This document shows positions 1 through 12,387 of a stretch of DNA of 64,000 nt, in pieces (positions within the stretch are counted from its first letter, which is position 1; the number at the start of each line of letters is the position of its first letter). This DNA is from Mobula hypostoma (taxonomy: Eukaryota). Where the stretch lies: positions 77,440,001-77,504,000 of the forward strand of contig NC_086108.1 of assembly GCF_963921235.1 (NCBI RefSeq), in the 5' to 3' direction. Both the position numbers and the translations under genes were made by a program. The notes under the pieces are model-generated. The model was not told where the DNA came from and did no database searches. It worked only from the letters and a program-made list of their open reading frames with translations.

Positions 1-842
1 TAAGCACACAGATTCAATTGATCATTCTGGGTGATATTGATTATGCAATACATTTTAATCAGAACGCCAGGAAAGCTACTACTGATTTTTTTAAGTAGTT
101 CTCCTCAATCCTTCATATTCGCTTGCGAGCAGATGACCAAACACCAACACTTCTACTAGTGCAGCTTCCCCTTGTATTGCACTGCCTACCTCGGTTGTTG
201 TGGGTCAGTGTCACTAGAAGGGGACATGACCACACAACCTTTTAACTTAGAGATATGAGTGAGTCACTGAGCCAAATGAGACTCAATTTTGGAATGGGCT
301 ATTCAGAGCAACTTACAAATAGCATGGAATCTGTTCTATTTTCATCCTGGCTAAAGTGAATGACTTTTATGCAATAAATGCATCATCAGCTTAGAATGGC
401 CAAACGCTTGTCCTAAGTCTTTCACAAAATTTTGTTTGCTCATGAGAGTGCAACCAAATGCCAGAGGCAGTAACACAATGTCACGGTTCCTACGTCCACA
501 CAATTCTTTGCAGAAGAATTCAACCTATCACCATCTCTCTTGCATCTTTCAAACTCTGCAAATGGAATGTCACACCACTGAAGTCATTGCCCAGTCCTGC
601 AACATCCCTTTGATTGTCCCTCCAGCTACCTTGCAGCCATCTGAATCAGTCCCTTTGGTATCTATGACAATTTTAAGTTCAGATGTAAGGGAAATCGTGG
701 AAGAGGTTCTTAGTTCCAGCAATGAAATTTTGGTTTCTTCTAAGTCCAAATTCTGCAAGCAAGAGCCAAAGATTTTATGAAACAAAAGCTTTGCCTGGCT
801 TCTGGGTGGAGAGAGGCTGAACCTGATTCCCTTCTCCAAACA

Positions 843-966
843 CAAACAAAAGAAAATCCTCAGATGCTGGACTGTCTCAGAGGGTCTCGGCCCAAAATGT
901 TGACTATACTCTTTTCCATAGATGCTGCCTGGCCAGCTGAGTTCCTCCAGCATTTTCTGTGTGTCA
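843..966 (+). mobile_element. Degenerate Penelope-like element (PLE) 3'-end fragment
   Basis: gggtctcggcccaaaatgttgact...gatgctgcctggccagctgagttcctccagcatttt matches the PLE 3' end at 47760-47845. Confidence 0.7.
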
Positions 967-1060
967 CTTCTTCAAACATTGTATCAGTTAACTGATATAG
1001 CATGACAAAGGGGCAAAATGTTCAATCCAACAAATTGTGAGAATCCATTGTGTTTGCAGA

Positions 1061-1290
1061 ACAAGCCGCACACACAGTACAAGAGGAACTCAACACGCCA
1101 GGCAGTATCTACAGAAAATAGTACATAGTGTTTCAAGATAAGAACCTTCATCAGGACCTGAAGAAGGCTCTGGGCCCAAAACGTCAACTGCACTCTTTTC
1201 CACAGATGCTGCCTGGGCCTGCTGAGTTCCTCTAGAATTTTATGTGTGTTACTTCCGAATTCCAGCATCTACAGATTTTCTCTTGTTTGC
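1061..1290. mobile_element. Old PLE-derived fold-back mini-element (two inverted PLE ends)
   Basis: Inverted arms around ttcatcaggac|ctgaagaagg; direct repeat tgtttgcaga at 1051-1060 and 1284-1293. Confidence 0.7.
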
Positions 1291-2679
1291 AGAGTAAGTC
1301 GTGGACAGTCACAAGCAACTCTCAGCATTCTCATGTCCACACACAAAGGAGTCATTCTCAGATGTATTTGCCATAGTCCAGAATGAGAGCCAGCCTTGTT
1401 CTCTCACTTCCGTGCAAGCAGAGGTGGAAAAGAGCCCACTCCAAAGCTAAAAGAAACTAATCAATAACAACAATGAATTGAATAGGTTAAAAGTTCCCAT
1501 GGCATCTGGATCAGTTAGTTTCCAGGCTGCTGAGGGAGAAATGCAAATGGACTAACGAAAAGAAGCACATTACTTACTTGAAAGGTAGATAATTATCAAA
1601 TGTTTCAGAAAACATGTTTATTTCTGTTCTTTTGTGTCATTTAGGTTAAAATTAAAATCTATACGTTTTTTTCAGGTAGCTTTAACTAACAGTGCTTGTC
1701 CTTAAATATTGCTTGTTTTTGCCATGAAGAAATGGAGCCGGCTTTGATGCAGTGAAGCTGAAGTTGGGGTTTGGATTGAGAAATTTCAAAGCTCTATTTT
1801 TCGATCAGCACTCAACTCAACTGACCTCAGAGGTTAAAGCTCCTTAGGAGTGACTACATAGAATTAGGCCAAATTCTAAGATGAAAAATACTATCCCCTA
1901 AGAGCGCAAAAAAAGAGTAAGGACATTGGGAGGTGGTTAGTTTGTGAAGGAAGATTGTGTACTTCTTGCATTAAGATGGATGTTTACTGCCTTGTAAAAA
2001 GACTTTGGTGAACCCTGCACCTCTTGGGAGCAGGTCAATTACACACTTCCTGACTTGCCTGTGCATAATCCATTTTTGGTGAGGCCAAGATGGTGCTAGT
2101 GTCAGTTTGAGAATTCTATAAGCTCAATTCAAAGGTTAGAAATCCTCCCCGGAGTGATTTTGAGGCCAATCTCAAAGCAACTAAAGAGTAATCATTGCTG
2201 AAAATGTTTTATGTAGGTTTTTAAAAGAAATTCTTTTGTAATCCTCCCCAACAATTATCAGATGTTCATCTCCAAGTCCCAGCGACTTCCTCTAGATTGG
2301 TCAGATTCATAATTTGTTCGACCAATCTGACATAGCTTTCAAAATGCTCCAAAACCATACATTTTTCAAATAAGGGCCTAAGGTCTTTTCTCCCACAGGG
2401 AGATTTGGTTACTTACAACATGAATTATGTCTTGTCTTACAATTACTTAAAACATTTTAATTGCCTAAAATTAATTAGTAGAACACCACTAGAAAACAAC
2501 TATCAAATTAGAAGGTGGATACCATAACAAGATTTGGATTCTCTTAAAATTCTTGAGATGTATTCAGATGGATAGCTTCACAATGCGCTCGTACTCTATG
2601 ATACTTTGAACAAAGCACATTGCTGAAAATTTGTAAGAATACAGAACCAGGTAACTTGCTACTAATACAGAATTAATCT

Positions 2680-4595
2680 TAGAAACATAGAAAATAGGTG
2701 CAGGAGTAGGCCATTCGGCCCTTCGAGCCTGCACCGCCATTTATTATGATCATGGCTGATCATCCAACTCAGAACCCCGCCCCAGCCTTCCCTCCATACC
2801 CCCTGACCCCGGTAGCCACAAGAGCCATATCTAACTCCCTCTTAAACATAGCCAATGAACTGGCCTCAACAGTTTGCTGTGGCAGAGAATTCCACAGATT
2901 CACCACTCTCTGTGTGAAGAAGTTTTTCCTAATCTCGGTCCTAAAAGGCTTCCCCTCTATCCTCAAACTGTGACCCCTCGTTCTGGACTTCCCCAACATC
3001 GGGAACAATCTTCCTGCACCTAGCCTGTCCAATCCCTTTAGGATCTTATACGTTTCAATCAGATCCCCCCTCAATCTTCTAAATTCCAACGAGTACAAGC
3101 CCAGTTCATCCAGTCTTTCTTCATATGAAAGTCCTGCCATCCCAGGAATCAATCTGGTGAACCTTCTTTGTACTCCCTCTATGGCAAAGATGTCTTTCCT
3201 CAGATTAGGGGACCAAAACTGCACACAATACTCCAGGTGTGGTCTCACCAAGGCCTTGTACAACTGCAGTAGTATCTCCCTGCTCCTGTACTCGAATCCT
3301 CTGGCTATAAATGCTAGCATACCATTCGTCTTTTTCACCGCCTGCTGTACCTGCATGCCCACTTTCAATGACTGGTGTATAATGACACCCAGGTCTCGTT
3401 GCACCTCCCCTTTTCCTAATCGGCCACCATTCAGATAATAATCTGTTTTCCTATTTTTGCCACCAAAGTGGATAACTTCACATTTATCACATTAAATTGC
3501 ATCTGCCATGAGTTTGCCCACTCACCCAACCTATCCAAGTCACCCTGCATCCTCTCAGCATCCTCCTCACTGCTAACACTGCCACCCAGCTTCGTGTCAT
3601 CCGCAAACTTGGAGATGCTGCATTTAATTCCCTCATCCAAGTCATTAATATATATTGTAAACAACTGGGGTCCCAGCACTGAGCCTTGCGGTACCCCACT
3701 TGTCACCGCCTGCCATTCTGAAAAGGTCCCGTTTATTCCCACTCTTTGCTTCCTGTCTGCTAACCAATTCTCCACCCACACCAATACCTTACCCCCAATA
3801 CCGTGTGCTTTAAGTTTGCACACTAATCTCCTGTGTGGGACCTTGGCAAAAGCCTTTTGAAAATCCAAATATACCACATCCACTGGTTCTCCCCTATCCA
3901 CTCTACTAGTTACATCCTCAAAAAATTCTATGAGATTCGTCAGACATGATTTTCCTTTCACAAATCCATGCTGACTTTGTCCGATCATTTCACCGCTTTC
4001 CAAATGTGCTGTTATCACATCCTTGATAACTGACTCCAGCAGTTTCCCCACCACCGACATTAGGCTAACCGGTCTATAATTCCCCGGTTTCTCTCTCCCT
4101 CCTTTTTTAAAAAGCGGGGTTACATTAGACACCCTCCAATCCTCAGGAACTAATCCAGAATCTAACGAGTTTTGAAAAATTATCACTAATGCATCCACTA
4201 TTTCTTGGGCTACTTCCTTAAGCACTCTAGAATGCAGACCATCTGGCCCTGGGGATTTATCTGCCTTCAATCCCTTCAATTTACCTAACACCACTTCCCT
4301 ACTAACATGTATTTCACTCAGTTCCTCCATCTCACTGGACCCTCTGTCCCTTACTATTTCTGGAAGATTATTTATGTCCTCCTTAGTGAAGCCAGAACCA
4401 AAGTAATTATTCAATTGGTCTGCCATGTCCTTGCTCCCCATAATCAATTCACCTGTTTCTGTCTGCAGGGGACCTACATTTGACTTTACCAGTCTTTTTC
4501 TTTTTACATATCTATAAAAGCTTTTACAGTCCGTTTTTATGTTCCCCGCCAGTTTTCTCTCATAATCTTTTTTCCCCTTCCTAATTAAGCCCTTC
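2680..4595 (-). mobile_element. CR1 LINE, 5'-truncated, ORF2 reverse transcriptase with one frameshift
   Basis: ORFs 3431-4447 (YLDFQKAF, SGVPQGSVLGP, KFADDTK) and 2769-3404 (LVRPHLEYCVQFW); CR1 3' UTR and tagaaaca tail at the left end. Confidence 0.95.
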
Positions 4596-5399
4596 TTGTC
4601 ATCTTACAAATGACAGCTTGATTCAGTCATTATAAAATGCTTCTTGTTGAAAAGACAGTAACGGATTAAAGTGACTAGAACAGAACAACTTCTGGGAAGG
4701 AGAAATGAGCCTAGGTGCTCATTATGGTATGTGGTGTATAGGAGTTCATATATTCCATACTGAATAGTGTGCCTTGGGATCATGTAGTGTTGTTACAAAA
4801 TGACAGAAGTATGTTCTCTTTAAACATGTCAGTCTTTAATCCTCTAGCCCTTTATGATTCTCCAGGACTCATATGAGGCCTGGTATTGGAATCCACTTTG
4901 GCCAATTTTCTTCCTGACATCTTAACTGAATTGTGATAACATAAGAAATAAAAACAGCTTTTGCTGGGCCTCAGTTGTGTTGGTTTCGGAGACCATTTCT
5001 GCCATTACTGTTTTTGTACTTCCATTTGTGTTAAATGCAATGCTATACCTATGAGTTTAAGTCTCTTTCCTGGTACAATGGCTTAATGTACTGTGTGTCT
5101 TCAGTGCAGTGAAGGAAGAACTGCAGCATTTAAAATACTGCCCTTTCAATAAACTGGAAACCCAAGGTACTAGAGATATGAGAAATTTCCAGCGATTGTT
5201 CTAAGATAGAAAAGGATGTTTACTCTTTGGGATAGGATTGTCATATAGGAGATGTACTCCAAATCAACTTACGTTTATTTTATGGAAAATTATGATACAG
5301 GTGGTTTTTCTTGGAGTGCAAACCACTGTAAAGCAGGGGTTCATTGTAGTCGCATTCTAGACCCTAACCTTACAAGGTATATTCTAGGGAAAGAAAGTC

Positions 5400-5875
5400 T
5401 TGATGGGCCAAATGGCCTAATTCTGCTCCTATGTCTTATAGCTAATGTATGAGTAAAAGCTTGAGGCTGGTTGGGGCCATACAAACTACAGTTTAGAAGA
5501 GGGGAACTTTGAAACATGTAATATGCTGAGCAGGACTAACAAGGTGAGAGGATGTTTCCCTTAACCAGGGAATATGGAACTAGAAGCAGAAATTTAGAAT
5601 AAGGAGTCATCCACTAAAGTTGAAACTAGGGAGGATTTATTTTTCTTCTTTGGAAATTCCTCCCCAGAAATCCCTGCAGGAAGAGTCATTGAATAGATAA
5701 GCGAGGAGATAAAGGGCAGATATTGAAATTACAAGGGAGTCAGAGGATTTGAGCAGTTCACGGGGAAATTGGATTGAAGGCAAGATTAGATCAGCCACCA
5801 TCTTAATGAATGGTAGGGTAGGCTCAATGGACTGACTAACCTCTTCCTGTTTCTGCTTCCCATATTCTTATGATC
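5400..5875 (+). mobile_element. Degenerate CR1 3'-end fragments
   Basis: gatgggccaaatggcctaattctgctcctatgtctta 3' UTR motif followed by decayed RT C-terminus/3' UTR. Confidence 0.6.
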
Positions 5876-5909
5876 ATATACCTCCACTGATTTCAAAAAG
5901 AAAATAATT

Positions 5910-7205
5910 AGTGGGGATGTCTGATCAAGTATATCCAGGACACTGTGGAAGCTATAGAAGGAATTGCATGAGCCCTAGGTAAGATATTTTCATCATTGTT
6001 AGTGACAGGTGGAGTAATGGAAGAGGGGATTCTGAGGGATAAGAGGTATATGCATTTGGAGAGACAATACATGACTAAGGATAGTCAGTATGCCTTGTGT
6101 ATGGGAGACTATGTCTCACAAGTTTCATTCTTTTGAAGTAACTGGGAAGTTCAATAAGGGTATGATGGTATACCCAATTCTGGATTGGGTGTTGTGCAAC
6201 AAACCAGCCTGATTAGAGAGTTTAAGGTAAAAGAAACCTTAGGGGCATGATTAAATTCACCCTGAAATCTGAGGAGAAGCTAAAGTCAGATGTATCAGTA
6301 TTATGATGGAGCAAAGGGAATTAGAGGCATGAGAGAGGAGTTGGCCAGTATTGATTGGAAAAGAACACTGGCAGGGTTGACAGCAGAGCAGCAATGACTG
6401 AAATTTCTGGAAACAATTCGGAAGGCAAAGAGGAAGAAGTATCCTAAAGGGAAGATGACACAATTCTGGTTAAGAAGGGAAGCCAAAGCCAACATAAAAG
6501 CCAAAGAGAGGGCATTTAATAGAGCAAAAATTAGTGGGAAATTAGAGGATTGGGAAGCTTTTAAAAACCAACAGAAGGCAACTAAAAGGAAGGTCACTAA
6601 AAAGTTAAAGATGGAATACGAAAGTAAACTAGCCTATGATATTAAAGAGATACCAAAAGTGTCTTCAGGTACATAAAGTGTAAAAGAGAGGTGAGAGTGG
6701 ATATCAGACCGTTGGAAAACAATTCTGGAGAGATTGTAATGGGGAACAAGGAAATGGCAGATGAACTGACTAAGTATTTTGCATTAGTCTTCTCTGTGGA
6801 AGACACTAATTGTATGGTGGAAGTTTCAGGTATCAGAGGATTTGAAATGCGTGAAGTTACCATTACTAGAGAGAAGGTTCTTGGGAAACTGAAAGATCTG
6901 AAGGTTGGTATGTCACCTGGATGAGATGGTATACACCGCTCTGGGTTCTAAAAAGGTGGCTGAAGAGATTGTGGAGGCACTAGTAATGATCTTTCAAGAA
7001 TTACCAGATTCTGGAATGGTTCTGGAAGACTGGAAAATTGCAAATGTTACTCCACTCTTCAAGAAGGGTGTGTGGCAGAAGAAAGGAAACTATAAACCAA
7101 TTAGTATGACCTCAGTGGTTGGGAAGATGTTGGAGTTGATTATTAAGGATGAGGTCTCAGGGTACTTGGAAGCACATGATAAAATAGGCCAAAGTCAGCA
7201 CGTTT
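5910..7205 (+). mobile_element. CR1 ORF2 internal fragments (endonuclease-RT linker and RT start), pseudogenised
   Basis: ORF pieces AKISGKLEDWEAFK, EMADELTKYFALVF, DWKIANVTPLFKKG, collinear with 25121-26173. Confidence 0.85.
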
Positions 7206-7925
7206 TGCTGTAGTCAGTAAAGTGCACCCTGATGTATTCATCTTTGCTGTCCAGAATTTCATGGGTTGAGTGAAGAGCCAATGATATGGCTATTGACATG
7301 TTGTGCTGATAGGTTAATTGGAGTTGATCTAAGTCATCTCTCAGGCAGGAGTTGATATGTTTCATCACTGTTCTCTCAAAACACTTAATCACTGTGAATG
7401 CCAGCGTTACGAGGCAAGTTACCATGTTCTTCTTGGACACTGGTATCATCGACGCCTGCTTGAAGCAGATGGGTACCTCAGACTGCCGAAGCGAGAGGTT
7501 CAAGTTCTGAGTGAACATTCCCAGAAAGTTGATCAGCACGGGTCTTTAGTACTTGGCCATCTAGTATGGCCGAATGCTTTCCATGGGTTCACACTCTTGA
7601 TGGATGATCACGTCAGCCTCAGAGACTGAAATCACACGATCTTTAGGGGATGTGAGAGTTTGTGATTGTTTGTCTGTTTTGTTGGTCAAAGCAAGCATAA
7701 AAGGCATTGAGCTCACCTGGAAGCAAAGCCCTGGTGTTGCCTATGCTGCTTGATTTTACATTATAGGAGGTGATAGCATTCATACCCTGCCACAACTGTT
7801 AAGCATCTTTCATTGATTCAAATTTAGTCTGGAATTACTACTTTAACCGTGGCTTTCCAAGGATCGTACTTGGACCTCTTGTAACTTCCTTGGTTGCCAG
7901 ACTTGAATGCCTGTGGCCCTCAGAA
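7205..7925 (-). mobile_element. Rex/Babar-type LINE RT fragment
   Basis: ORF 7195-7539: NLSLRQSEVPICFK...KCFERTVMKHI...LDQLQLTYQ...YIRVHFTDYSK. Confidence 0.8.
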
Positions 7926-8257
7926 GCTCTCCGGATTTATAGAGGGAACTTAATCAGCTGAGTAAGTGAGCTGAAAGAAGGCAAATGGAATTTCATGCCA
8001 ATAAGTGCGAAGTGTTGCAATTAAGAAAAATGAGGGTACATCTTTGACAGTGAACAGTAAGCCCTGGAGAATGTTGTGGTACAGAAGACCTACAAGTACA
8101 AGTACATGGTTACTTGAAAGTGGCCTCATTAATAGACAGGGTGGGTTAAGAAGACTTTTGGCACGCTGGCCTTCATCAGTAAGGATGCTGAGTACAGAAG
8201 TTGAGATGCAATGTTGCAATTGTAGAAGATGTCAATGAGGCTGCATTTCAAATATTG

Positions 8258-8376
8258 ACTTCTTAACTTCTTTCAGTTAGTCCTGATGAAGGGTCTCGGC
8301 CCGAAACGTCGACTGTACTTCTTTCTATACATCCTGCCTGGCATGCTGCGTTCCACCAGCATTTTGTGTGTGTTGC
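8258..8376 (+). mobile_element. Short PLE 3'-end insertion with 12-bp TSD
   Basis: TSD tttcaaatattg at 8246-8257 and 8377-8388. Confidence 0.85.
8279..8315 (+). ncRNA. Minimal type I hammerhead ribozyme motif (PLE-associated)
   Basis: agtc-CTGATGA-a-gggt ctcg gccc-GAAAC-GTC-gact: intact core, stem I, stem II and palindromic ACGU stem III. Confidence 0.85.
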
Positions 8377-8979
8377 TTTCAAATATTGTGTTCAGTTTTG
8401 GTCACCCTGATATAGCAAAAGTACTGTGAAGCTAGAAGGAGTTCAGAGCAGATGTACAAGGATGTTATGGGGACTAAAGGGACAGAGTTATGGAGAGAAG
8501 TTAAACAAATTGGACAAAATGGCATGAGGGTCACTGGTAGCGTTGGGGAATCAAGAAAGAGAGGACATGACTATGAGTGAGAGGGAAGAGGTTTAATAGG
8601 AACCAAATGTTCAACTTTTTCAACCTTAGGATATTCAGTACATGGAATGAGCTAGCAGAGGAAGTGGATCAGGCAGGAACATTGAAAATATTTTAAAGCC
8701 ACCTGGATTGTTACATATATAGGAAAGATTTGGAGGGATGTAAGCCAAACATAACTAAATGGGACTGGTTTAGATGGGAATCTGGATCAGCGCGATCAGT
8801 TGGGCCAAAGGGCATGTTTCCATGCTGTATGACTAAGGGTATCGCAATAACCTCCTGTACAGTATTAGGACTGGCATCAGTAGAATTCCTTATGGGAATC
8901 CTTCTGGCTTCTCAGCACAGAGAGATATCACTGATGGAATTATAGGTAGTCCAGTCTGTGAGGTAAGGGCTTTGTGAGT

Positions 8980-10260
8980 CCATAAGATCATAAGACCATA
9001 AGACACAAGAGCAGAATCAGGCCATTTGGCCCATTGAGTCTGCTCCAACATTCAATCATGGCTGATCCTCATTTTCCCCCTCGTCAGTCCCACTCCCCAG
9101 CCTTCTCCTTGTAACCTTTGATGCCGTGTCCAATCAAGAACCTATCAAGCTCTCCCTTGCGTATTTATACTCCCAACGACCTGGCCTCCACATCTACCTG
9201 TGGTAATAAATTCCACAAGCTCATCACCCTCTGGCTAAAGAAATTTCTCCACATCTCCGTTTTAAATGGACGTCCCTCTATCCTGAGGCTGTGCTCTCTT
9301 GTCCTAGACTCCCCCACCATGGGAAACATCCTTTCCACATCTACTCTGTCTAGGCCTTTCGACATTTGAAAGGTTTCAGTGAGATCCCTCCTCAACTAAT
9401 ACACACCCAAACGTTTCTGTACGATAATCCTTTCATTCCCGAAATCATCCTTGTGAACCTCCTCTGAACCCTCTCTAATGCCAGCCAGCACATCTTTTCT
9501 TAGATGAGGAAGCTAAAGCTGCTCACAATACTTCAAGTGAGGGCTCACCAGTGCCTTGTAAAGCCTCAGCATCATATCCCTGTCTTGTATCACACATCAA
9601 AGTTGCTGATGAACGCAGCAGGCCAGGCAGCATCTCTAGGAAGAGGTGCAGTCGACGTTTCAGGCCGAGACCCTTCGTCAGGACTAGACTAGGGTCTTGG
9701 CCTGAAATGTCGACTGCACCTCTTCCTAGAAATGCTTCCTGGCCTGCTGCGTTCACCAGCAACTTTGATGTGTGTTGCTATGTACCCTTAAGTCTTTCAG
9801 CTTTTTGAGCATTTTATCCCATGTAATAGTAACTGCACTCACTTCTCTTACCTCACACCCTTCAACATCTGGCGTACTGCTAGTGTCTTTCACAGTGAAG
9901 ACTGATGCAAAATACTGATTTAATTCATCTGCCATCTCCTTGTCCCCGGTTAATATTTCTCAGGCCTCATTTTTTGGCAGTCCTATATCCACTCTCTTCT
10001 CCCTTTTTTTTTTACATACTTGAAAAAGCTTTTACTATCCCCTTTGATATTGTTTGCTAGCTTGCTTTCATTTTTCATTTTTCCCCCCAATGACTGCTTT
10101 AGTTGCTCTCTGTGGGTTTTTAAGAGCATCCCAATCCTCTGCCTTCCCACTAATTTTTGCTTTGTTATATGGCCTCTCTTTTGCTTTTATATTAACTTTG
10201 ACTTTCCTTGTTAGCCATGGCTGTACTATTTTGCCATTTGAGTACGTATTTGTTTTCCAT
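8980..10260 (-). mobile_element. CR1 LINE (3' end plus ORF2 middle), internally deleted at a PLE hairpin
   Basis: cataaga-type tail at 8980-9005; ORF 9165-9395 RT C-terminus; ORF 9753-9935 MADELNQYFASVF. Confidence 0.85.
9591..9779. mobile_element. PLE fold-back mini-element; intact hammerhead motif on the minus strand at 9649-9686
   Basis: Near-perfect inverted arms of about 85 bp; minus strand reads agtcCTGACGAagggtctcggcctGAAACGTCgact. Confidence 0.85.
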
Positions 10261-10639
10261 TAAATTTATTTTAATTTTTTTGTTCTCATCCATAGTTGCC
10301 TGCACACCTCTGACTTCACACCAAATAAGCAGGTTTTATCTGAAATTCAGGGCTGATTGTGACAGCAAAAATATGACTGATTACTATTTTGAAAAGAATT
10401 GCAATTTATATCTCTACACATTTTCAAGATATCGTTTTTATGTTTATTTTGTTTTCCAGATGTAGGTATTACTGCTTGCTTGACCATTTCAGAGAATATT
10501 TAAGAGACAATTACATTGCTGTGTGGCTGGAGTCAAATATAAAGAAATTTTAAAAATCTTGATTTTCTTCATAAAAGTATGTTTACAAATCAGATGGATT
10601 TTAACAATAATCCAGTACTTCATGCACCCTCGATTTTTT

Positions 10640-11285
10640 TAATAGAGTTTCAGATTGTTTGGCCTCCACAAAAACCTTATCTTGACATTACCTGGGATTA
10701 CCTGGAGAGACAGAAGCAAAGAAGACAGCTAAAGTTTGTGGAAGAATTGTGGCAAGTTCTCCAAGATGCTTGCAACAACCTACCAGTCAATTTTCTTATA
10801 AAACTGCACAATGGTGTACCTAAGAGAATTGATGCAGTTTTAAAGGCAAAGGGTGCACACCAAAAATTGACATAAAAATTGCTGGTGAACGCAGCAGGCC
10901 AGGCAGCATCTATAGGAAGAGGTACAGTCGACGTTTTGGGCCGAGACCATTTGTCAGGACTAACTGAAAGAAGAGATAATAACTCATCTTTCAGTTAGTC
11001 CTGACGAAGGGTCTTGGCCCAAAACATTGACTGTACCCCTTCCTAGAGATGCTGCCTGGCCTGCTGCGTTCACCAGCAATTTTTATGTGTGTTGCTTGAA
11101 ATACCAGCATCTGCAGATTTCCTCGTGTTTGTGACACCAAAAATTGAGTTGATTTAGATTTTTACTGTTTACTGATTTTTATAGTAATTTTTTTGCTATT
11201 TAGAAACTTTTCATTTCATTATTTTTGAAAGCATCTTCACTTTACAGATTTTTTTTACATGTGCCTGAGATTTTTGCACAGTATA
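10640..11285 (+). mobile_element. Tc1-family transposon 3' remnant (transposase C-terminus and TIR)
   Basis: WPPQKP..WDYLER...PKRIDAVLKAKGAH resembles Tc1 WPPQSPDLN...AVIKAKGGHTKY; ends ttttgcacagtata. Confidence 0.8.
10871..11133. mobile_element. PLE fold-back mini-element inserted in Tc1, 14-bp TSD
   Basis: TSD acaccaaaaattga at 10857-10870 and 11134-11147; inverted arms each with a decayed hammerhead. Confidence 0.9.
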
Positions 11286-11353
11286 TATATGGAGAATGAA
11301 AATTGAAAAAAAGACGTGGACTAAGATGTTAACTGTCCTGTGCTATCACCAGT

Positions 11354-11427
11354 GGGATCATCAGTTGATCTGCCACCCATCTTCAGGAGTTTCGGCCCGC
11401 TTATGATCAAGACTCCCTCGAGGTTGT
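11354..11427 (-). ncRNA. Second copy of the candidate permuted hammerhead (left arm)
   Basis: Minus strand: ggagtc ttgatc ataagcgggcc gaaactcc ... gatcaa ctgatga tccc. Confidence 0.5.
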
Positions 11428-12313
11428 GGGCCAGCAGTGCTAAAGCACCACCTCCCACTGGTGAGCTTAAAAACTTGGCATCTGCCTCTATCAGAGTTGT
11501 TGGTCACTTCCATCCAACAGATAGTTTGCTCTTCAGGTGTCTATGCAACTACTGAAGGGTTTGCAAAAGATGTATACACTGTCTGACTATCTGCCCCTCT
11601 GGACATACCTGGTCCACACCCATGATGATCCTGTCTCTGCTGCCTCAGCTACAGCCCTGCTGGTTGACTTGATCTCTCTTCTGGTGAAGCCATGGTCATG
11701 CAGCCACTTCTGGAAAGTGAACGCAATAAACCTACGGCAGCCTACTTCGAATGGATAGCATGAGACCTTCCACCCTCTGTCTCTGCACTCTGATCTTAAT
11801 TCTGCATACTTGGTTAACTTGCACTCATGGGCTTCATCGATGTTGTCTTCCCAGGGGACTGGTGGTTATTGGTGAACTCACAGTCCCCTGGGAAGACAAC
11901 ATCGATGAAACCCACGAGCACAAGTTAACCAAGTATGCAGAATTAAGATCAGAGTGCAGAGACAGAGGGTGGAAGGTCTCATACTATCCATTCGAAGTAG
12001 GTTGCTGTGGCTTTATTGCGTTCACTTTCCAGAAGTGCCTCGTGACCTTGGCTTCACTGGAAGAGAGATCAAGTCAACCAGCAGGGCTGTAGCTGAGGCA
12101 GCAGAGACAGGATCAGCATGGGTATGGACCAAGTATGTCCAGAGGGGCAGATAGTCGGACAGTGTATACATCTTTTGCAAACCCTTCAGTAGTTGCATAG
12201 ACACCTGAAGAGCAAACTATCTGTTGGATGGAAGCGACCAACAACTCTGATAGAGGCAGATGCCAAGTTTTTAAGCTCACCAGTGGGAGGTGGTGCTTTA
12301 GCACTGCTGGCCC

Positions 12314-12387
12314 GCCACCTCGAGGGAGTCTTGATCATAAGCGGACCGAAACTCCTGAAGACAGGTGGCAGATCAACTGATGATCCC
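12314..12387 (+). ncRNA. Candidate permuted/pseudoknotted hammerhead ribozyme in the HERO-like 3' UTR
   Basis: GGAGU-C/GAA-ACUCC stem III, UUGAUC/GAUCAA stem I next to CUGAUGA, extra 7-bp helix GCCACCU/AGGUGGC. Confidence 0.55.

Larger units (their letters stand above)
7930..8835 (+). mobile_element. Old CR1 3' portion, interrupted by a PLE end
   Basis: Decayed WQMEF..KCEVL, YCVQFWSP and 3' UTR gggccaaagggcatgtttccatgctgtatgact. Confidence 0.75.

Noticed and set aside
436..800. Overlapping ORFs 436-780(+) and 570-953(-) as a host exon or hAT transposase relic
   Set aside because: Only vague motif resemblance (SDG...G); the minus ORF starts inside a PLE fragment; no convincing splice sites.
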